The translations under genes were made by a program, and so were the position numbers. A model generated the notes under the pieces. That model saw only the letters and a program-made list of their open reading frames with translations, had not been told where the DNA came from and did not search any database. This document shows positions 1 through 9,571 of a DNA stretch of 64,000 bases, one piece after another. The stretch's first letter is position 1; each line of letters opens with the position of its first letter. This DNA is from Sphingomonadales bacterium (GTDB taxonomy: Bacteria; Pseudomonadota; Alphaproteobacteria; Sphingomonadales; Sphingomonadaceae), in the NCBI GenBank assembly GCA_043740855.1, contig JAYUBN010000148.1, forward strand, positions 7,366 to 71,365, in the 5' to 3' direction.

Positions 1-181
1 ATTTTCGCATTTTTCAGGCGGAAACAAGGACCTGCTCGAACGTACGATTGTTACATGCTCAAGCTTCCTTCTTCACGCAGGGTCGCATTGTTCGTCCCAT
101 GGGCCACAGCGCCCAGGCCGGCTTGCGCGATTTGCCCATTTTACGGGACTGATTGTGCGCCGGTAGCTTTGAAAGTATTTC

Positions 182-1747
182 ATGTCTTATTTTTCCGACC
201 TCGGTCTCGCTGAGCCGATCCTGCGCGCGCTCGAGATCAAGGGCTATTCCGATCCTACCCCAATCCAGCGCCAGGCCATTCCGGCGCTGATGCAGGGCCG
301 CGACTTGCTCGGCATTGCCCAGACGGGCACCGGCAAGACCGCCGCCTTCGCGCTGCCCTCGCTGCATCGCCTGGCTGCCAACCCCACCGGTCGCTTCCCC
401 GCCGCTTGCCGGATGCTGGTGCTGTCGCCGACGCGCGAACTGGCGGCGCAGATCGCCGACAACATGCGCGGCTATGCCAAATACCTCGACCTCTCGGTAC
501 AGTGCATCTTTGGCGGCATCCCGGTGGGCAAGCAGTCCCGCGCACTGGTCCCCGGCTGCGACGTGCTGGTGGCAACGCCGGGCCGCCTGCTCGACCTGAT
601 CGAGCAGCGCGCACTGACGCTGCGCCATGTCGAGATCTTCGTGCTCGATGAAGCCGACCAGATGATGGACCTGGGCTTTATCGTGCCCTTGAAGCGCGTT
701 GCCAACATGCTGCCCAAGGAACGCCAGAGCCTGTTCTTCTCGGCGACCATGCCCAAGGCGATCGCCGAACTGGGTAAACAGTTCATCAATAACCCCGTCC
801 GCGTCGAGGTCGCCCCCCAGGCCACCACTGCCGAGCGGGTCGAGCAATTTGTGATGCACATCAACCAGGCCGAAAAGCAGGCCCTGCTGACGTTGAAATT
901 GCGTTCGGGCCTGGCCGAACTGGAAGGCCAGAACAAGGTCGACAAGGCGCTGGTCTTCACCCGCACCAAGCATGGCGCCGATCGCGTCGTGCGGCATCTC
1001 GCCACTGCCGGGGTCAACGCCGCCGCCATTCATGGCAACAAGAGCCAGGCGCAGCGCACTGCCGCGCTCACTGCGTTCCGCAAAGGCGTGACGCCGGTGC
1101 TGGTTGCCACCGACATCGCCGCGCGCGGTATCGATGTTACCGGGGTCAGCCACGTCTTCAATTTCGAAATACCCAACGTGCCGGAACAATATGTCCACCG
1201 CATCGGCCGCACGGCTCGCGCGGGTGCCGATGGCGTCTCGATCAGCTTCGTTGCGCCGGACGAAAAACCTTATCTGCGCGACATCGAACGCCTGACCGGG
1301 GTGCAACTGATGCCGATGCCGCTACCCGACGACTTCCAGCGGGAAGCGTCGCGCCTGCCGCTGCCCTCACGCAAGCCCGATGAAGTTGAACAAGACGCCC
1401 GCCGCGACGCCCGCGACGCCCGTGGCCGAGGCGGCCAGCGCAGCGGCAGTCATGGTGCAGGTCAGGGTCGCAACAACAACGTCAGCCGGGGCGGTCAAGG
1501 CCGCGATGGCGTGTCGCGCGATGCCGCAGCCCGCACCGATCGCGTTGCTCGCCCGCAGGGCGACCGGGGACCCGTGTCCAACCCGTTAGGCGCTGCCGCG
1601 CCCCGCCGCGACGCCGCCGCGCCGCGCCGTGACGCCGCTCCCGCGCCGCGCCGCGACAGCGGCGATGCCCGTCCTGCCGTTCAGGGCGACCGCCGCCCCG
1701 CTGGCCGCAGCTTTGGTGCAGATCGCGGTCGCAGTCCGCGCGGCTAG
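182..1747 (+). CDS. DEAD/DEAH-box RNA helicase (RhlE-like)
   Basis: Q motif PTPIQ, AQTGTGKT, PTRELA, TPGRLLD, DEAD, SAT, HRIGRTAR; R/G/D-rich disordered C-tail. Confidence 0.96.
   Translation: MSYFSDLGLAEPILRALEIKGYSDPTPIQRQAIPALMQGRDLLGIAQTGTGKTAAFALPSLHRLAANPTGRFPAACRMLVLSPTRELAAQIADNMRGYAKYLDLSVQCIFGGIPVGKQSRALVPGCDVLVATPGRLLDLIEQRALTLRHVEIFVLDEADQMMDLGFIVPLKRVANMLPKERQSLFFSATMPKAIAELGKQFINNPVRVEVAPQATTAERVEQFVMHINQAEKQALLTLKLRSGLAELEGQNKVDKALVFTRTKHGADRVVRHLATAGVNAAAIHGNKSQAQRTAALTAFRKGVTPVLVATDIAARGIDVTGVSHVFNFEIPNVPEQYVHRIGRTARAGADGVSISFVAPDEKPYLRDIERLTGVQLMPMPLPDDFQREASRLPLPSRKPDEVEQDARRDARDARGRGGQRSGSHGAGQGRNNNVSRGGQGRDGVSRDAAARTDRVARPQGDRGPVSNPLGAAAPRRDAAAPRRDAAPAPRRDSGDARPAVQGDRRPAGRSFGADRGRSPRG
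1592..1657 (+). repeat. ~21-bp coding tandem repeat (AAAPRRD x3) in helicase tail
   Basis: gctgccgcgccccgccgcgac / gccgccgcgccgcgccgtgac / gccgctcccgcgccgcgccgcgac. Confidence 0.8.
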
Positions 1748-1763
1748 AACGTCGTGTCAGAAC

Positions 1764-1791
1764 GTGGCTGCCGGTTTCTGGCAGCCACTTT
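1764..1791 (+). terminator. Probable intrinsic terminator
   Basis: gtggctgcc-N7-ggcagccac followed by ttt, 16 bp after helicase stop. Confidence 0.7.
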
Positions 1792-1881
1792 CGCGACAAC
1801 AAAAACCCGGAGCGGGCCGCCGATGCGCATTTCGCGCTGTCCGCTCCCGGCGCGAGGCGTAATCTCTTGCACCTTGGGCGA

Positions 1882-2430
1882 TTACAAAACGCTCAAACCA
1901 TCGATTGCCGCCCATCGCTGCCATTTGAGCCGGTGATTGCGCTGAACGGTCATACCGCCCAGCGCAATCACCGGCGCTTGGGCACGGCAGGCCAGCGCGC
2001 GAAAAATTTGCACGCCAAGCGTCCGCGCGCCGGGGTGTGAAGCGGTCGCAAAGACGGGGGACAACAGGATCGCGCTGGCTCGGCGAGCGTGGCCGATTTC
2101 GCGCAGGTCATGGGCGCTGCACAGGCGCAGAATGGCCGGGCCATGTGCCAGCACGACAGGCGAGCCATAGGCGCCCTGGGCACCCCATTGCTTCGCTTGC
2201 GCCGCGCTGCCCGCCAGCACAATCATATGTCCGTGACGGCGCGCAATCCGTTTTAGCGCCACGAAGCGGCTGCGGCGCGCCTTTGGTTCCAGATGGTAAT
2301 GGCGGTAGATGAAGCCGCTGCCGCGCGGCAATCGGGCCAGCGATGCTGGCAGCACGGCATCGTTGCGCGCATCGCTGATCAGCCACAGGTTTGGCCAAGA
2401 CAAAGGACGTGCGGGCTGGCGCTGGGGCAT
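1882..2430 (-). CDS. Thiamine-phosphate synthase family (ThiE/TenI-like) protein
   Basis: LWLISDARN, SAHDLREI, LLSPVFATASHPG, PVIALGG motifs; start placed at ATG 2430 (track start 2454). Confidence 0.85.
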   Translation of the reverse strand: MPQRQPARPLSWPNLWLISDARNDAVLPASLARLPRGSGFIYRHYHLEPKARRSRFVALKRIARRHGHMIVLAGSAAQAKQWGAQGAYGSPVVLAHGPAILRLCSAHDLREIGHARRASAILLSPVFATASHPGARTLGVQIFRALACRAQAPVIALGGMTVQRNHRLKWQRWAAIDGLSVL

Positions 2431-2452
2431 CGGCACGGTATAGCGGTGCCAC

Positions 2453-3127
2453 ATGAATCAGCCAGTTATCTTGCCATCGGCACCGCTTGACCAAGTCCGG
2501 GCCCGCATCGCCGCCGCTGCGCGCATTGCCGGGCGCAATCCCGGCGAAATCACGCTGGTGGCAATCAGCAAGACCCATTCCGCCGAAGCGATCCTGCCGC
2601 TGATCGTGCAGGGCCAGCGCGTCTTCGGTGAAAACCGCGTCATCGAAGCGGCGAGCAAATGGCCCGCGCTGCGCGAAGCCTATGGGGATATCGCGCTGCA
2701 TCTGATCGGGCAATTGCAATCCAACAAGGCGGATGAAGCGGTGGCGCTGTTCGACTGCATCCATTCGCTCGACCGGCCCAGCCTGCTGGCGGCGCTGGCC
2801 CGGGCGATGGACCGGGCGGGGCGGCGCCTGCCCTGTTTCGTGCAGGTCAACATTGGCGACGAAGCGCAAAAGGGCGGCTGTGCCATAGCCGCGCTGCCGG
2901 CGTTGCTGACAGAGGCGCGCGCGGCGGACATTCCGCTGGCCGGGCTGATGTGCGTGCCGCCGCTGGGTATCGAGCCCGCGCCATTCTTCGCCTTGCTCGA
3001 CAGACTGGCCGACAATCATGGCCTGACCGGGCTATCGATGGGGATGAGCGGCGATTTCGAAACCGCGATCCGGCTTGGCGCGACGCATGTGCGCGTCGGC
3101 AGCGCGTTATTCGGGGCGCGGGCGTGA
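2453..3127 (+). CDS. yggS: YggS-family PLP homeostasis protein
   Basis: LVAISKT, FGENRVIE, HLIGQLQSNKA, LSMGMSGDFETAI, GATHVRVGSALFGAR. Confidence 0.95.
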   Translation: MNQPVILPSAPLDQVRARIAAAARIAGRNPGEITLVAISKTHSAEAILPLIVQGQRVFGENRVIEAASKWPALREAYGDIALHLIGQLQSNKADEAVALFDCIHSLDRPSLLAALARAMDRAGRRLPCFVQVNIGDEAQKGGCAIAALPALLTEARAADIPLAGLMCVPPLGIEPAPFFALLDRLADNHGLTGLSMGMSGDFETAIRLGATHVRVGSALFGARA

Positions 3128-4257
3128 GCGCGAGCCTGCTTTCCGCCCAACGCGACGATCTGGCGGGACTGGCCCAACGCGGGCGGCTGCGGATGCTCAG
3201 CCCGCGCGCGGGGGTGGATTTCGCCTCGAACGACTACCTCGGGCTGGCGAATTCGGCGGTGCTGGCCGATGCGATGCGCAGTGCGCTCGACCGGGGGGTC
3301 CCGGTCGGATCGGGCGGATCGCGGCTGCTGCGCGGCAATCACCCCGAGCATGAGGCGCTGGAAACCGAAGCAGCGGCGTTCTTCGGCAGCGAGGCAGCCC
3401 TGTTCCTCGCCACCGGCTTTGCCGCCAATTCGGCGCTGCTGGCAACGCTGCCGCAGCGCGGCGACCTGATCCTGGCAGACGAATTGATCCACGCCAGCAG
3501 CCACGAAGGGCTGCGACTGACGCGGGCCGAGCACCGGTTGGTGGCACATAACGATGTCACCGCCTTTGCCGACGCAATTGCGGCATGGCGGCGAGCCGGC
3601 GGCACCGGACACGTGTGGCTGGCGGTGGAAACGCTATACAGCATGGACGGTGATTTCGCGCCGCTGGCGCAGCTTTCGGAACTGGCTCTGCACGAAGGGG
3701 CGATCCTGCTCGCCGATGAAGCCCATGCCACGGGCGTTTACGGGCCGGGTGGGCGCGGGCTGGTCGCCGACCTGCCCGCCCGCGACCATGTCATCAGCCT
3801 GCATACCTGCGGCAAGGCGCTGGGCGTCGAGGGGGCGCTGCTGTGCGGACCGGGGGCGATGCGCGAATCGCTGGTCAACCGCGCGCGGGGCCTGATTTTT
3901 TCCACTGCGCCATCGCCGCTGATCGCTGCCGTGGTGCGCGCGGCGCTGCGGATCGTGGCCGACGGCGACGCCATGCGGGATGAATTGGCGGCGCGGATCG
4001 CGGCAGCGCGGGATCTGCTCGCCCCGCTGGGCGCGCTGTGCCACGGATCGCCGATCGTGCCGCTGGTGCTGGGCGGCGACGTCCGGACGATGGCGGTCGC
4101 GGCGCGGTTGCAGACGGCGGGCTTTGACGTGCGCGGTATCCGCCCGCCGACCGTTCCGGAAGGCAGTTCGCGGCTGCGCATCGTCATCACCCGGAACGCC
4201 GGACTGGACGATATCGCCGCGCTGGCAGCCGCGTTGGGCGCGGCGTTGACGCCATGA
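3124..4257 (+). CDS. bioF: 8-amino-7-oxononanoate synthase
   Basis: DFASNDYLGL, GSGGSRLL, ETLYSMDGD, DEAHATG, TCGKALG, GIRPPTVPEG; GTG start overlaps yggS stop (GTGA). Confidence 0.95.
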   Translation: MSASLLSAQRDDLAGLAQRGRLRMLSPRAGVDFASNDYLGLANSAVLADAMRSALDRGVPVGSGGSRLLRGNHPEHEALETEAAAFFGSEAALFLATGFAANSALLATLPQRGDLILADELIHASSHEGLRLTRAEHRLVAHNDVTAFADAIAAWRRAGGTGHVWLAVETLYSMDGDFAPLAQLSELALHEGAILLADEAHATGVYGPGGRGLVADLPARDHVISLHTCGKALGVEGALLCGPGAMRESLVNRARGLIFSTAPSPLIAAVVRAALRIVADGDAMRDELAARIAAARDLLAPLGALCHGSPIVPLVLGGDVRTMAVAARLQTAGFDVRGIRPPTVPEGSSRLRIVITRNAGLDDIAALAAALGAALTP

Positions 4258-4871
4258 AGGGGCTGGTGGTCACTGGCACCGACACCGGCATCGGCAAGAC
4301 CGTGGTCGCCGCCGGGCTGGTGGCGGCGCTGGGCGGGCGATACTGGAAGCCGGTGCAGGCCGGGCTTGACGATGGCAGCGATAGCGAAACGGTCGCCGCG
4401 CTGGCCCCGGATACGCTGATCCATCCCGAAGCTTACCGTTTGACCACCCCCTGTTCGCCACATCACGCCGCCGCCCTCGACGGGGTAACGATACAGGCGG
4501 AGCGGCTGGCGCTGCCCACCGGCGCTGGGCCGCTGGTGGTGGAGGGCGCGGGCGGGGTACTGGTGCCACTGCGCGAGGATTTTCTGTTCGTCGATATGAT
4601 GGCGCGCTGGGGCCTGCCCGTGGTGCTGGTCGCGCGCACCGCGTTGGGCACAATCAATCACACGCTGCTGTCGATCGAGGCGTTGCGCGCGCGCGGGCTG
4701 GTGGTGGCCGGGGTGATCTTCGTCGGCGATGCCAATACCGAAAGTGAACGCGTGAGCGGCGCGATTTCCGGGGTGACGCGGCTGGGGCGGTTGTCGTGGC
4801 TGACGCCGCTGAATGCCGGCAGCCTGCGCGCGGCGATGACAGCGCATTTCGATCTGGCGGGGCTGGCGTGA
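4254..4871 (+). CDS. bioD: Dethiobiotin synthase
   Basis: VTGTDTGIGKT, YWKPVQAG, VEGAGGVLVP, LGTINHTLL; ATGA overlap with bioF. Confidence 0.96.
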   Translation: MKGLVVTGTDTGIGKTVVAAGLVAALGGRYWKPVQAGLDDGSDSETVAALAPDTLIHPEAYRLTTPCSPHHAAALDGVTIQAERLALPTGAGPLVVEGAGGVLVPLREDFLFVDMMARWGLPVVLVARTALGTINHTLLSIEALRARGLVVAGVIFVGDANTESERVSGAISGVTRLGRLSWLTPLNAGSLRAAMTAHFDLAGLA

Positions 4872-6136
4872 CCCGTTCCCCGGTCTGGCATCCTTTTACC
4901 CAGCACGGGCTGGAGCAGCCGACGCCGCTGATCGAACGGGCCGACGGGGCGAGCCTGTATACGCGCGACGGGCGCCGCGTGATCGACGCGATTTCCAGCT
5001 GGTGGGTGACGACGCATGGGCACTGCCATCCGCGCATCGTCGCCGCCATCGCCGCACAGGCGGGGCAGCTCGATCAGTTGATCTTTGCCGGCTGGACGCA
5101 TGAGCCGGGCGAGCGGCTGGCCGCCGAACTGGTGGCAATGATGCCGGGCGCAGATTCCGGGGCGGGCCTGCCTTATGTGTTCTACTCCGATTCCGGTTCC
5201 ACCGCGGTCGAGGTTGCGCTGAAGATGGCGCTGGGCTTCTGGGCAAATCGCGCAGAGCCGCGCCACCGCATCCTCGTGCTGGAACACAGCTATCACGGCG
5301 ATACCATTGGCGCGATGAGCGTGGGCGCACGCGGTGTGTTCAACCGCGCCTATGCCCCGCTGCTGTTCGATGTCGGGACGATTCCGTTCCCGGCAGCGGG
5401 TGCCGAGCAGACAACATTGGCTGCATTGGAAGCGGCCTGCGCACAGAAGCCGGCAGCGTTCATCGTCGAACCGCTGGTGCTGGGCGCGGGCGGAATGCTG
5501 ATGTATTCGCCGGCCGTCCTGCGCCAGATGCACGCGATTTGCGCCGCGCACGGCGTGCTGTTCATCGCCGACGAGGTGATGACCGGCTGGGGCCGCACCG
5601 GAACATTGCTCGCCTGCGAACAGGCCGGGGTAGTGCCCGACCTGCTATGCCTTGCCAAAGGGCTGACCGGCGGCGCCATGCCGCTGGCGGTGACGCTGGC
5701 CAGCGCGGCAATCTATGACGCGCATTACTCGGTGGACCGGACAAAGACGTTCTATCATTCGAGCAGCTACACCGCCAACCCCATCGCCTGCGCCGCCGCG
5801 CTCGCCAATCTGGCAATCTGGCGCGAGGAACCGGTGCTGGAACGCATCGCCGCGCTGGCCGCGCGGCAGGAGTCAGCGCGAGTGGTGCTGACTGGGGCGC
5901 CGGGGATTGCGAACGCGCGCGTGTGCGGCACGATCCTGGCGCTGGACTATGCAATGGCCGATGGCAATGCGGGCTACCTCTCCGCACTAGGCCCGCGCCT
6001 GACCGCGTTCTTCCAGGCGCGCGATCTGCTGCTGCGACCGTTGGGCAACACCGCCTATGTCATGCCACCTTATTGCATCGAACCGGATGATCTGGCGCGG
6101 GTCCACTCGGCGCTGGCGGAGGCCGCAAGCTTGTGA
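4868..6136 (+). CDS. bioA: Adenosylmethionine-8-amino-7-oxononanoate transaminase
   Basis: VWHPFTQ, ISSWWV, SGSTAVEVALKMA, YHGDT, DEVMTGWGRTG, AKGLTGG, LLRPLGN; GTG 4868 overlaps bioD stop. Confidence 0.95.
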   Translation: MTRSPVWHPFTQHGLEQPTPLIERADGASLYTRDGRRVIDAISSWWVTTHGHCHPRIVAAIAAQAGQLDQLIFAGWTHEPGERLAAELVAMMPGADSGAGLPYVFYSDSGSTAVEVALKMALGFWANRAEPRHRILVLEHSYHGDTIGAMSVGARGVFNRAYAPLLFDVGTIPFPAAGAEQTTLAALEAACAQKPAAFIVEPLVLGAGGMLMYSPAVLRQMHAICAAHGVLFIADEVMTGWGRTGTLLACEQAGVVPDLLCLAKGLTGGAMPLAVTLASAAIYDAHYSVDRTKTFYHSSSYTANPIACAAALANLAIWREEPVLERIAALAARQESARVVLTGAPGIANARVCGTILALDYAMADGNAGYLSALGPRLTAFFQARDLLLRPLGNTAYVMPPYCIEPDDLARVHSALAEAASL

Positions 6137-6193
6137 CCCGCAGGGCACGATTGGTGCCCTGACTATAAACTTATATAATACATATTTTCAGCA

Positions 6194-6402
6194 ATGGGAT
6201 TGGGCAACGCACCACGAATCGAGTTGGTGTTTTATCAAAGCGCCCAAAACAACGTCCCGCTTCGCGGTTGGTTGCTTGATCTGACGGAAATGAATCGTCG
6301 AGCGATCGGGTGCTCGACCCCACCGCTAGCAATGTGACAATCGAGACGCTGCAGCGAGCGGTCGCAATTATGGGCCGACGAGTTGAACTCGCGCTGATTT
6401 AA
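6194..6402 (+). pseudogene. Collapsed type II TA relic: RelE/Gp49-like toxin N-terminus joined out of frame to XRE antitoxin C-terminus
   Basis: 6194-6337 reads MGLGNAPRIELVFYQSAQNNVPLRGWLLDLTEMNRRAIG...; another frame 6304-6402 reads DRVLDPTASNVTIETLQRAVAIMGRRVELALI*. Confidence 0.7.
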
Positions 6403-6497
6403 GGCGGTGGACATTGCCTGGGCACGCGTCCTATGCCCCGGATGCCGGCCCAATTCATTCCCCGCCAAGGTCGCATATTGTCGCATCGCAATTTTTA

Positions 6498-6511
6498 TGG
6501 TATTAATACCA
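6498..6511. promoter_or_regulatory. Perfect 14-bp palindrome, operator-like
   Basis: TGGTATTAATACCA in AT-rich DNA 46 bp upstream of the PEP-CTERM gene start. Confidence 0.5.
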
Positions 6512-6557
6512 ATATTACCGAGTCGTATCCTTACTTTACGTGTGTTGGAGTGGGTAG

Positions 6558-7250
6558 ATGAAAGTTATTTATTGCACAGCAGCCGCTGTAGCCTGCCTGG
6601 GTCTTGTGTCGTCGGTCCAAGCCGCCCAGCTGACGGTCAGCAGCTACAGCACTCCCAACGGCGACGGCCAGGCAGCGGGCGGAACTTATAATTATTGGGA
6701 CGGAACTTATTCCGGCTCGGGCGCAAAAACCACTGACGGGGCTCCGCTCAGCGGCGGCACTGGCGCGCTGACCGATGGCTTTATTTCGGCAAGTCCCTGG
6801 TACCTGGTCTCGAACGTTGCCGGAACCGGCCAATATGTCGGCTGGCTAGACACGGTTTCAACCGATCCGGTGGTAACTTTCAATTTCGGCGGCCCGGTTA
6901 CGGTCAGCGACATCAAGGTCTATCTCGACAATACCGGCTCCGGTGGCGTCTTTGCGCCAAGTGCAATTCGGGTCGACGGATTGAACGTGCCCTTTACTGC
7001 GCCGGCTATTGGCACGGTTGGGCTGGTTGATCTAAGCGGTCTCAATCTCACAGGCAATCAGCACACAGTTCAATTCAAACAGGCGACCGGTGTCTGGGTA
7101 TTCGTGAGCGAAGTCCAGTTCTTCGGGACCGCTGCTGCCGGCGTTCCCGAGCCTGCTACCTGGCTTTCGGCGATCGTGGGCTTGGGCCTGATCGGCGCCA
7201 GTCTGCGCCGCCGTCAAAGCCAGGCGGGGACGCGCGCCGAATTCGCGTGA
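6558..7250 (+). CDS. PEP-CTERM (PEPxxWA-type) sorting-domain surface protein
   Basis: Signal peptide ending VQA; G/S/T-rich beta-type body; C-terminal VPEPATW + TM helix + RRR. Confidence 0.9.
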   Translation: MKVIYCTAAAVACLGLVSSVQAAQLTVSSYSTPNGDGQAAGGTYNYWDGTYSGSGAKTTDGAPLSGGTGALTDGFISASPWYLVSNVAGTGQYVGWLDTVSTDPVVTFNFGGPVTVSDIKVYLDNTGSGGVFAPSAIRVDGLNVPFTAPAIGTVGLVDLSGLNLTGNQHTVQFKQATGVWVFVSEVQFFGTAAAGVPEPATWLSAIVGLGLIGASLRRRQSQAGTRAEFA

Positions 7251-7287
7251 TATCTTATCGAATCGTGCTTTAATTCTGGTTCGCCTC

Positions 7288-7430
7288 AATCCTCCCCCTT
7301 CGGGAGAGATACCAGCCCGTCGGGCTGACCGAGGGAGTGGGCTAATGCGCAATCTACATTCCATGCCTATTTCGCGCATCGTACCCCCTCCGTCTCGCTG
7401 CGCGAGCCAAGTCCCCTGGAGGGGAGGATT
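7288..7430. repeat. Palindromic REP/RPE-like element (type 1)
   Basis: Ends aatcctcccc ... ggggaggatt; internal ccccctccgtctcgctgcgcgagcc resembles alphaproteobacterial palindromic repeats. Confidence 0.6.
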
Positions 7431-7545
7431 GGTCGTCAGATTAACGGCAAAATGCTGCAAGGCCAGAACCCTTCACGGCCTCGTTCCTGACGTAGCTGCG
7501 CGGGGCATCTCACTTTTAGAGCATCGTGCCGTAAACCTGCACCAA

Positions 7546-7647
7546 CCCGTATTCCCTGAGCTTGTCAAAGGGCTGCCTTTCTCCGTGAGGCCGTACTCGA
7601 CTGCACCAAGAAAGGATAACCCTCCGACAAGCTCAGGGAATACAGGG
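7546..7647. repeat. Palindromic REP-like element (type 2, CTGAGCTTGTC...GACAAGCTCAG)
   Basis: cccgtattccctgagcttgtcaaaggg (7546-7572) pairs with ccctccgacaagctcagggaatacagg (7620-7646). Confidence 0.8.
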
Positions 7648-7686
7648 GAGTGAGGGTGATCCAGCATTTGAGCACACCGCGCTAAC

Positions 7687-9162
7687 CTATCCCCCCGGAT
7701 GACGCTCCAGCTCGTTCCCCGCCAGCGTCACCACATGCAGCAAATTCGTCGCCCCAGGAGTGCCAAACGGCACCCCCGCCAGAGTGACCAGCTTGGCGCC
7801 CGCCTGACCGAAACCGTGGCGCAGCGCCATGCGTTTGCCCTTGCCGATCATTTCCTCAAAACTGCCGATGTCGCGGGTGTGGACCGCATACACGCCCCAC
7901 AACAATGCCATCCGCCGCGCCGTTTTGGGTGACGGGGTCAGCACCAGCAGCGGCACCGACGGCCTTTCGCGCGCGACGCGACGCGCGGTAGCGCCCGATC
8001 CGGTAAAACAGATGATGCCCGCCAGCGTCACTGTCTGGGCGATGGCGGCGCAGGCCTGCGCCAGCGCGTCGGCGGTGGTGGCATCGGGGCGCACCGTGGT
8101 AAAATGGACGCGCGCCTGATAGCCTGGGTCGCGCTCGACCTGCTTGGCGATGCGGTCCATGATCGTCACCGCCTCGACCGGCCAGGCGCCGCTGGCGGTT
8201 TCAGCCGACAGCATCACCGCATCGGCGCCGTCATAGACGGCATTGGCAACGTCGGACACTTCGGCGCGGGTCGGCGCGGGACTTTCGATCATCGATTCGA
8301 GCATCTGCGTGGCGACGATGACCGGCTTGCCGCTGCGCCGGGTGACTTCGACGATGCGCTTTTGCAGCGGCGGCACTTCTTCGGGATTAAGCTCCACGCC
8401 CAGATCGCCGCGCGCGACCATGATGCCGTCGGCCAGTTCGATGATTTCGTCCAGCCGCTCCAGCGCGGCGGGCTTTTCGATCTTGGCCATCAGCGCCGGG
8501 CCATGAGGGCCGGTCAGGCGCCGCGCTTCGGCAACGTCATCGGGGCGCTGCACAAACGACAGTGCGATCCAGTCCGCGCCATGCTCCATCGCAAACGACA
8601 GATCGCGCCTGTCCTTGTCGGTCAGCGCGGGCACCGGGATCACGGCGTCGGGCACATTGACGCCCTTGCGGTCAGAAATCACCCCGCCCACTTCCGCCGA
8701 GCACAGGATCTCATTTGCATCGGCGCGGATCACCCGCAGCCGCAGCTTGCCATCGTCGATCAACAGCCGCTGGTCCGTGTGGAGGATGCCGAACAGTTCG
8801 GGATGCGGCAGACAGACGCGAGTGTCGTCGCCGGGAGCGGGATTGGCGTCCAGCGTGAAATGGCTGCCGTGGCGGATCATCGCACGGCCATTCTGAAAAA
8901 CGCCGACGCGCAGCTTTGGCCCCTGCAAATCGCACAGGATCGCGATCGGGCGGCCGATCTCTTTTTCGGCGGCACGAATCGCAGAGATTGTCTCGGCATG
9001 GGTGGCGTGATCGCCGTGGCTCATGTTGACGCGAAAGGCATCGGCCCCGGCGCGCAGCAATCTGGCGATCATCTCGGGCGAGCTGCTGGCCGGGCCGAGC
9101 GTTGCCAGGATTTTAACCTTGCGGCCGCGCTGGATCTGGTACTGACGATCGACATTGGTCAC
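7687..9162 (-). CDS. pyk: Pyruvate kinase
   Basis: KILATLGPAS, RVNMSHG, DLQGPKLR, AKIEK, MVARGDLGVE, ATQMLESM, PTRAEVSDVANA; GTG start 9162 assumed. Confidence 0.96.
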   Translation of the reverse strand: MTNVDRQYQIQRGRKVKILATLGPASSSPEMIARLLRAGADAFRVNMSHGDHATHAETISAIRAAEKEIGRPIAILCDLQGPKLRVGVFQNGRAMIRHGSHFTLDANPAPGDDTRVCLPHPELFGILHTDQRLLIDDGKLRLRVIRADANEILCSAEVGGVISDRKGVNVPDAVIPVPALTDKDRRDLSFAMEHGADWIALSFVQRPDDVAEARRLTGPHGPALMAKIEKPAALERLDEIIELADGIMVARGDLGVELNPEEVPPLQKRIVEVTRRSGKPVIVATQMLESMIESPAPTRAEVSDVANAVYDGADAVMLSAETASGAWPVEAVTIMDRIAKQVERDPGYQARVHFTTVRPDATTADALAQACAAIAQTVTLAGIICFTGSGATARRVARERPSVPLLVLTPSPKTARRMALLWGVYAVHTRDIGSFEEMIGKGKRMALRHGFGQAGAKLVTLAGVPFGTPGATNLLHVVTLAGNELERHPGG

Positions 9163-9255
9163 GGTAGTTTCCCTGCCCGGCGTGCTGACAAAATATGCTG
9201 GCAATTGCCGTAGCGGCTATGGCAAAACTGGCAACGAATACCAAGGAAGATCGCC

Positions 9256-9567
9256 ATGACAATGAATGCACATGATCCGCTGGATCAGCTCGACGATGCG
9301 CAGGCCGCCGCCGCTTTTCGCCGACTGGTGCGCCACTTGCGCCATCGCCATGACGCCCAGAACATCGATTTGATGGGGCTTTCGGGGTTTTGCCGCAATT
9401 GCCTGGCGGACTGGATCGTCGATGCCGGGGCGCCGCTGGACAAGCAGGCGGCGCGCGCAGTCATCCACGGCATGCCCGCCGAGGAATGGAAAGCGCGCAA
9501 CCAAAGCGAGGCGACGCCAGAGCAAATCGCCCGGATGGCCGATAGCGTCAGGAAAAACGCGCTTTAG
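9256..9567 (+). CDS. DUF1244 family protein
   Basis: AAAFRRLVRHL, QNIDLMGLSGFCRNCLADW signature. Confidence 0.9.
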   Translation: MTMNAHDPLDQLDDAQAAAAFRRLVRHLRHRHDAQNIDLMGLSGFCRNCLADWIVDAGAPLDKQAARAVIHGMPAEEWKARNQSEATPEQIARMADSVRKNAL

Positions 9568-9571
9568 ACCT

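Noticed and set aside
1-181. Structured cold-shock-type leader of the helicase
   Set aside because: Plausible from family knowledge, but the region is cut by the window edge and no specific motif was recognised
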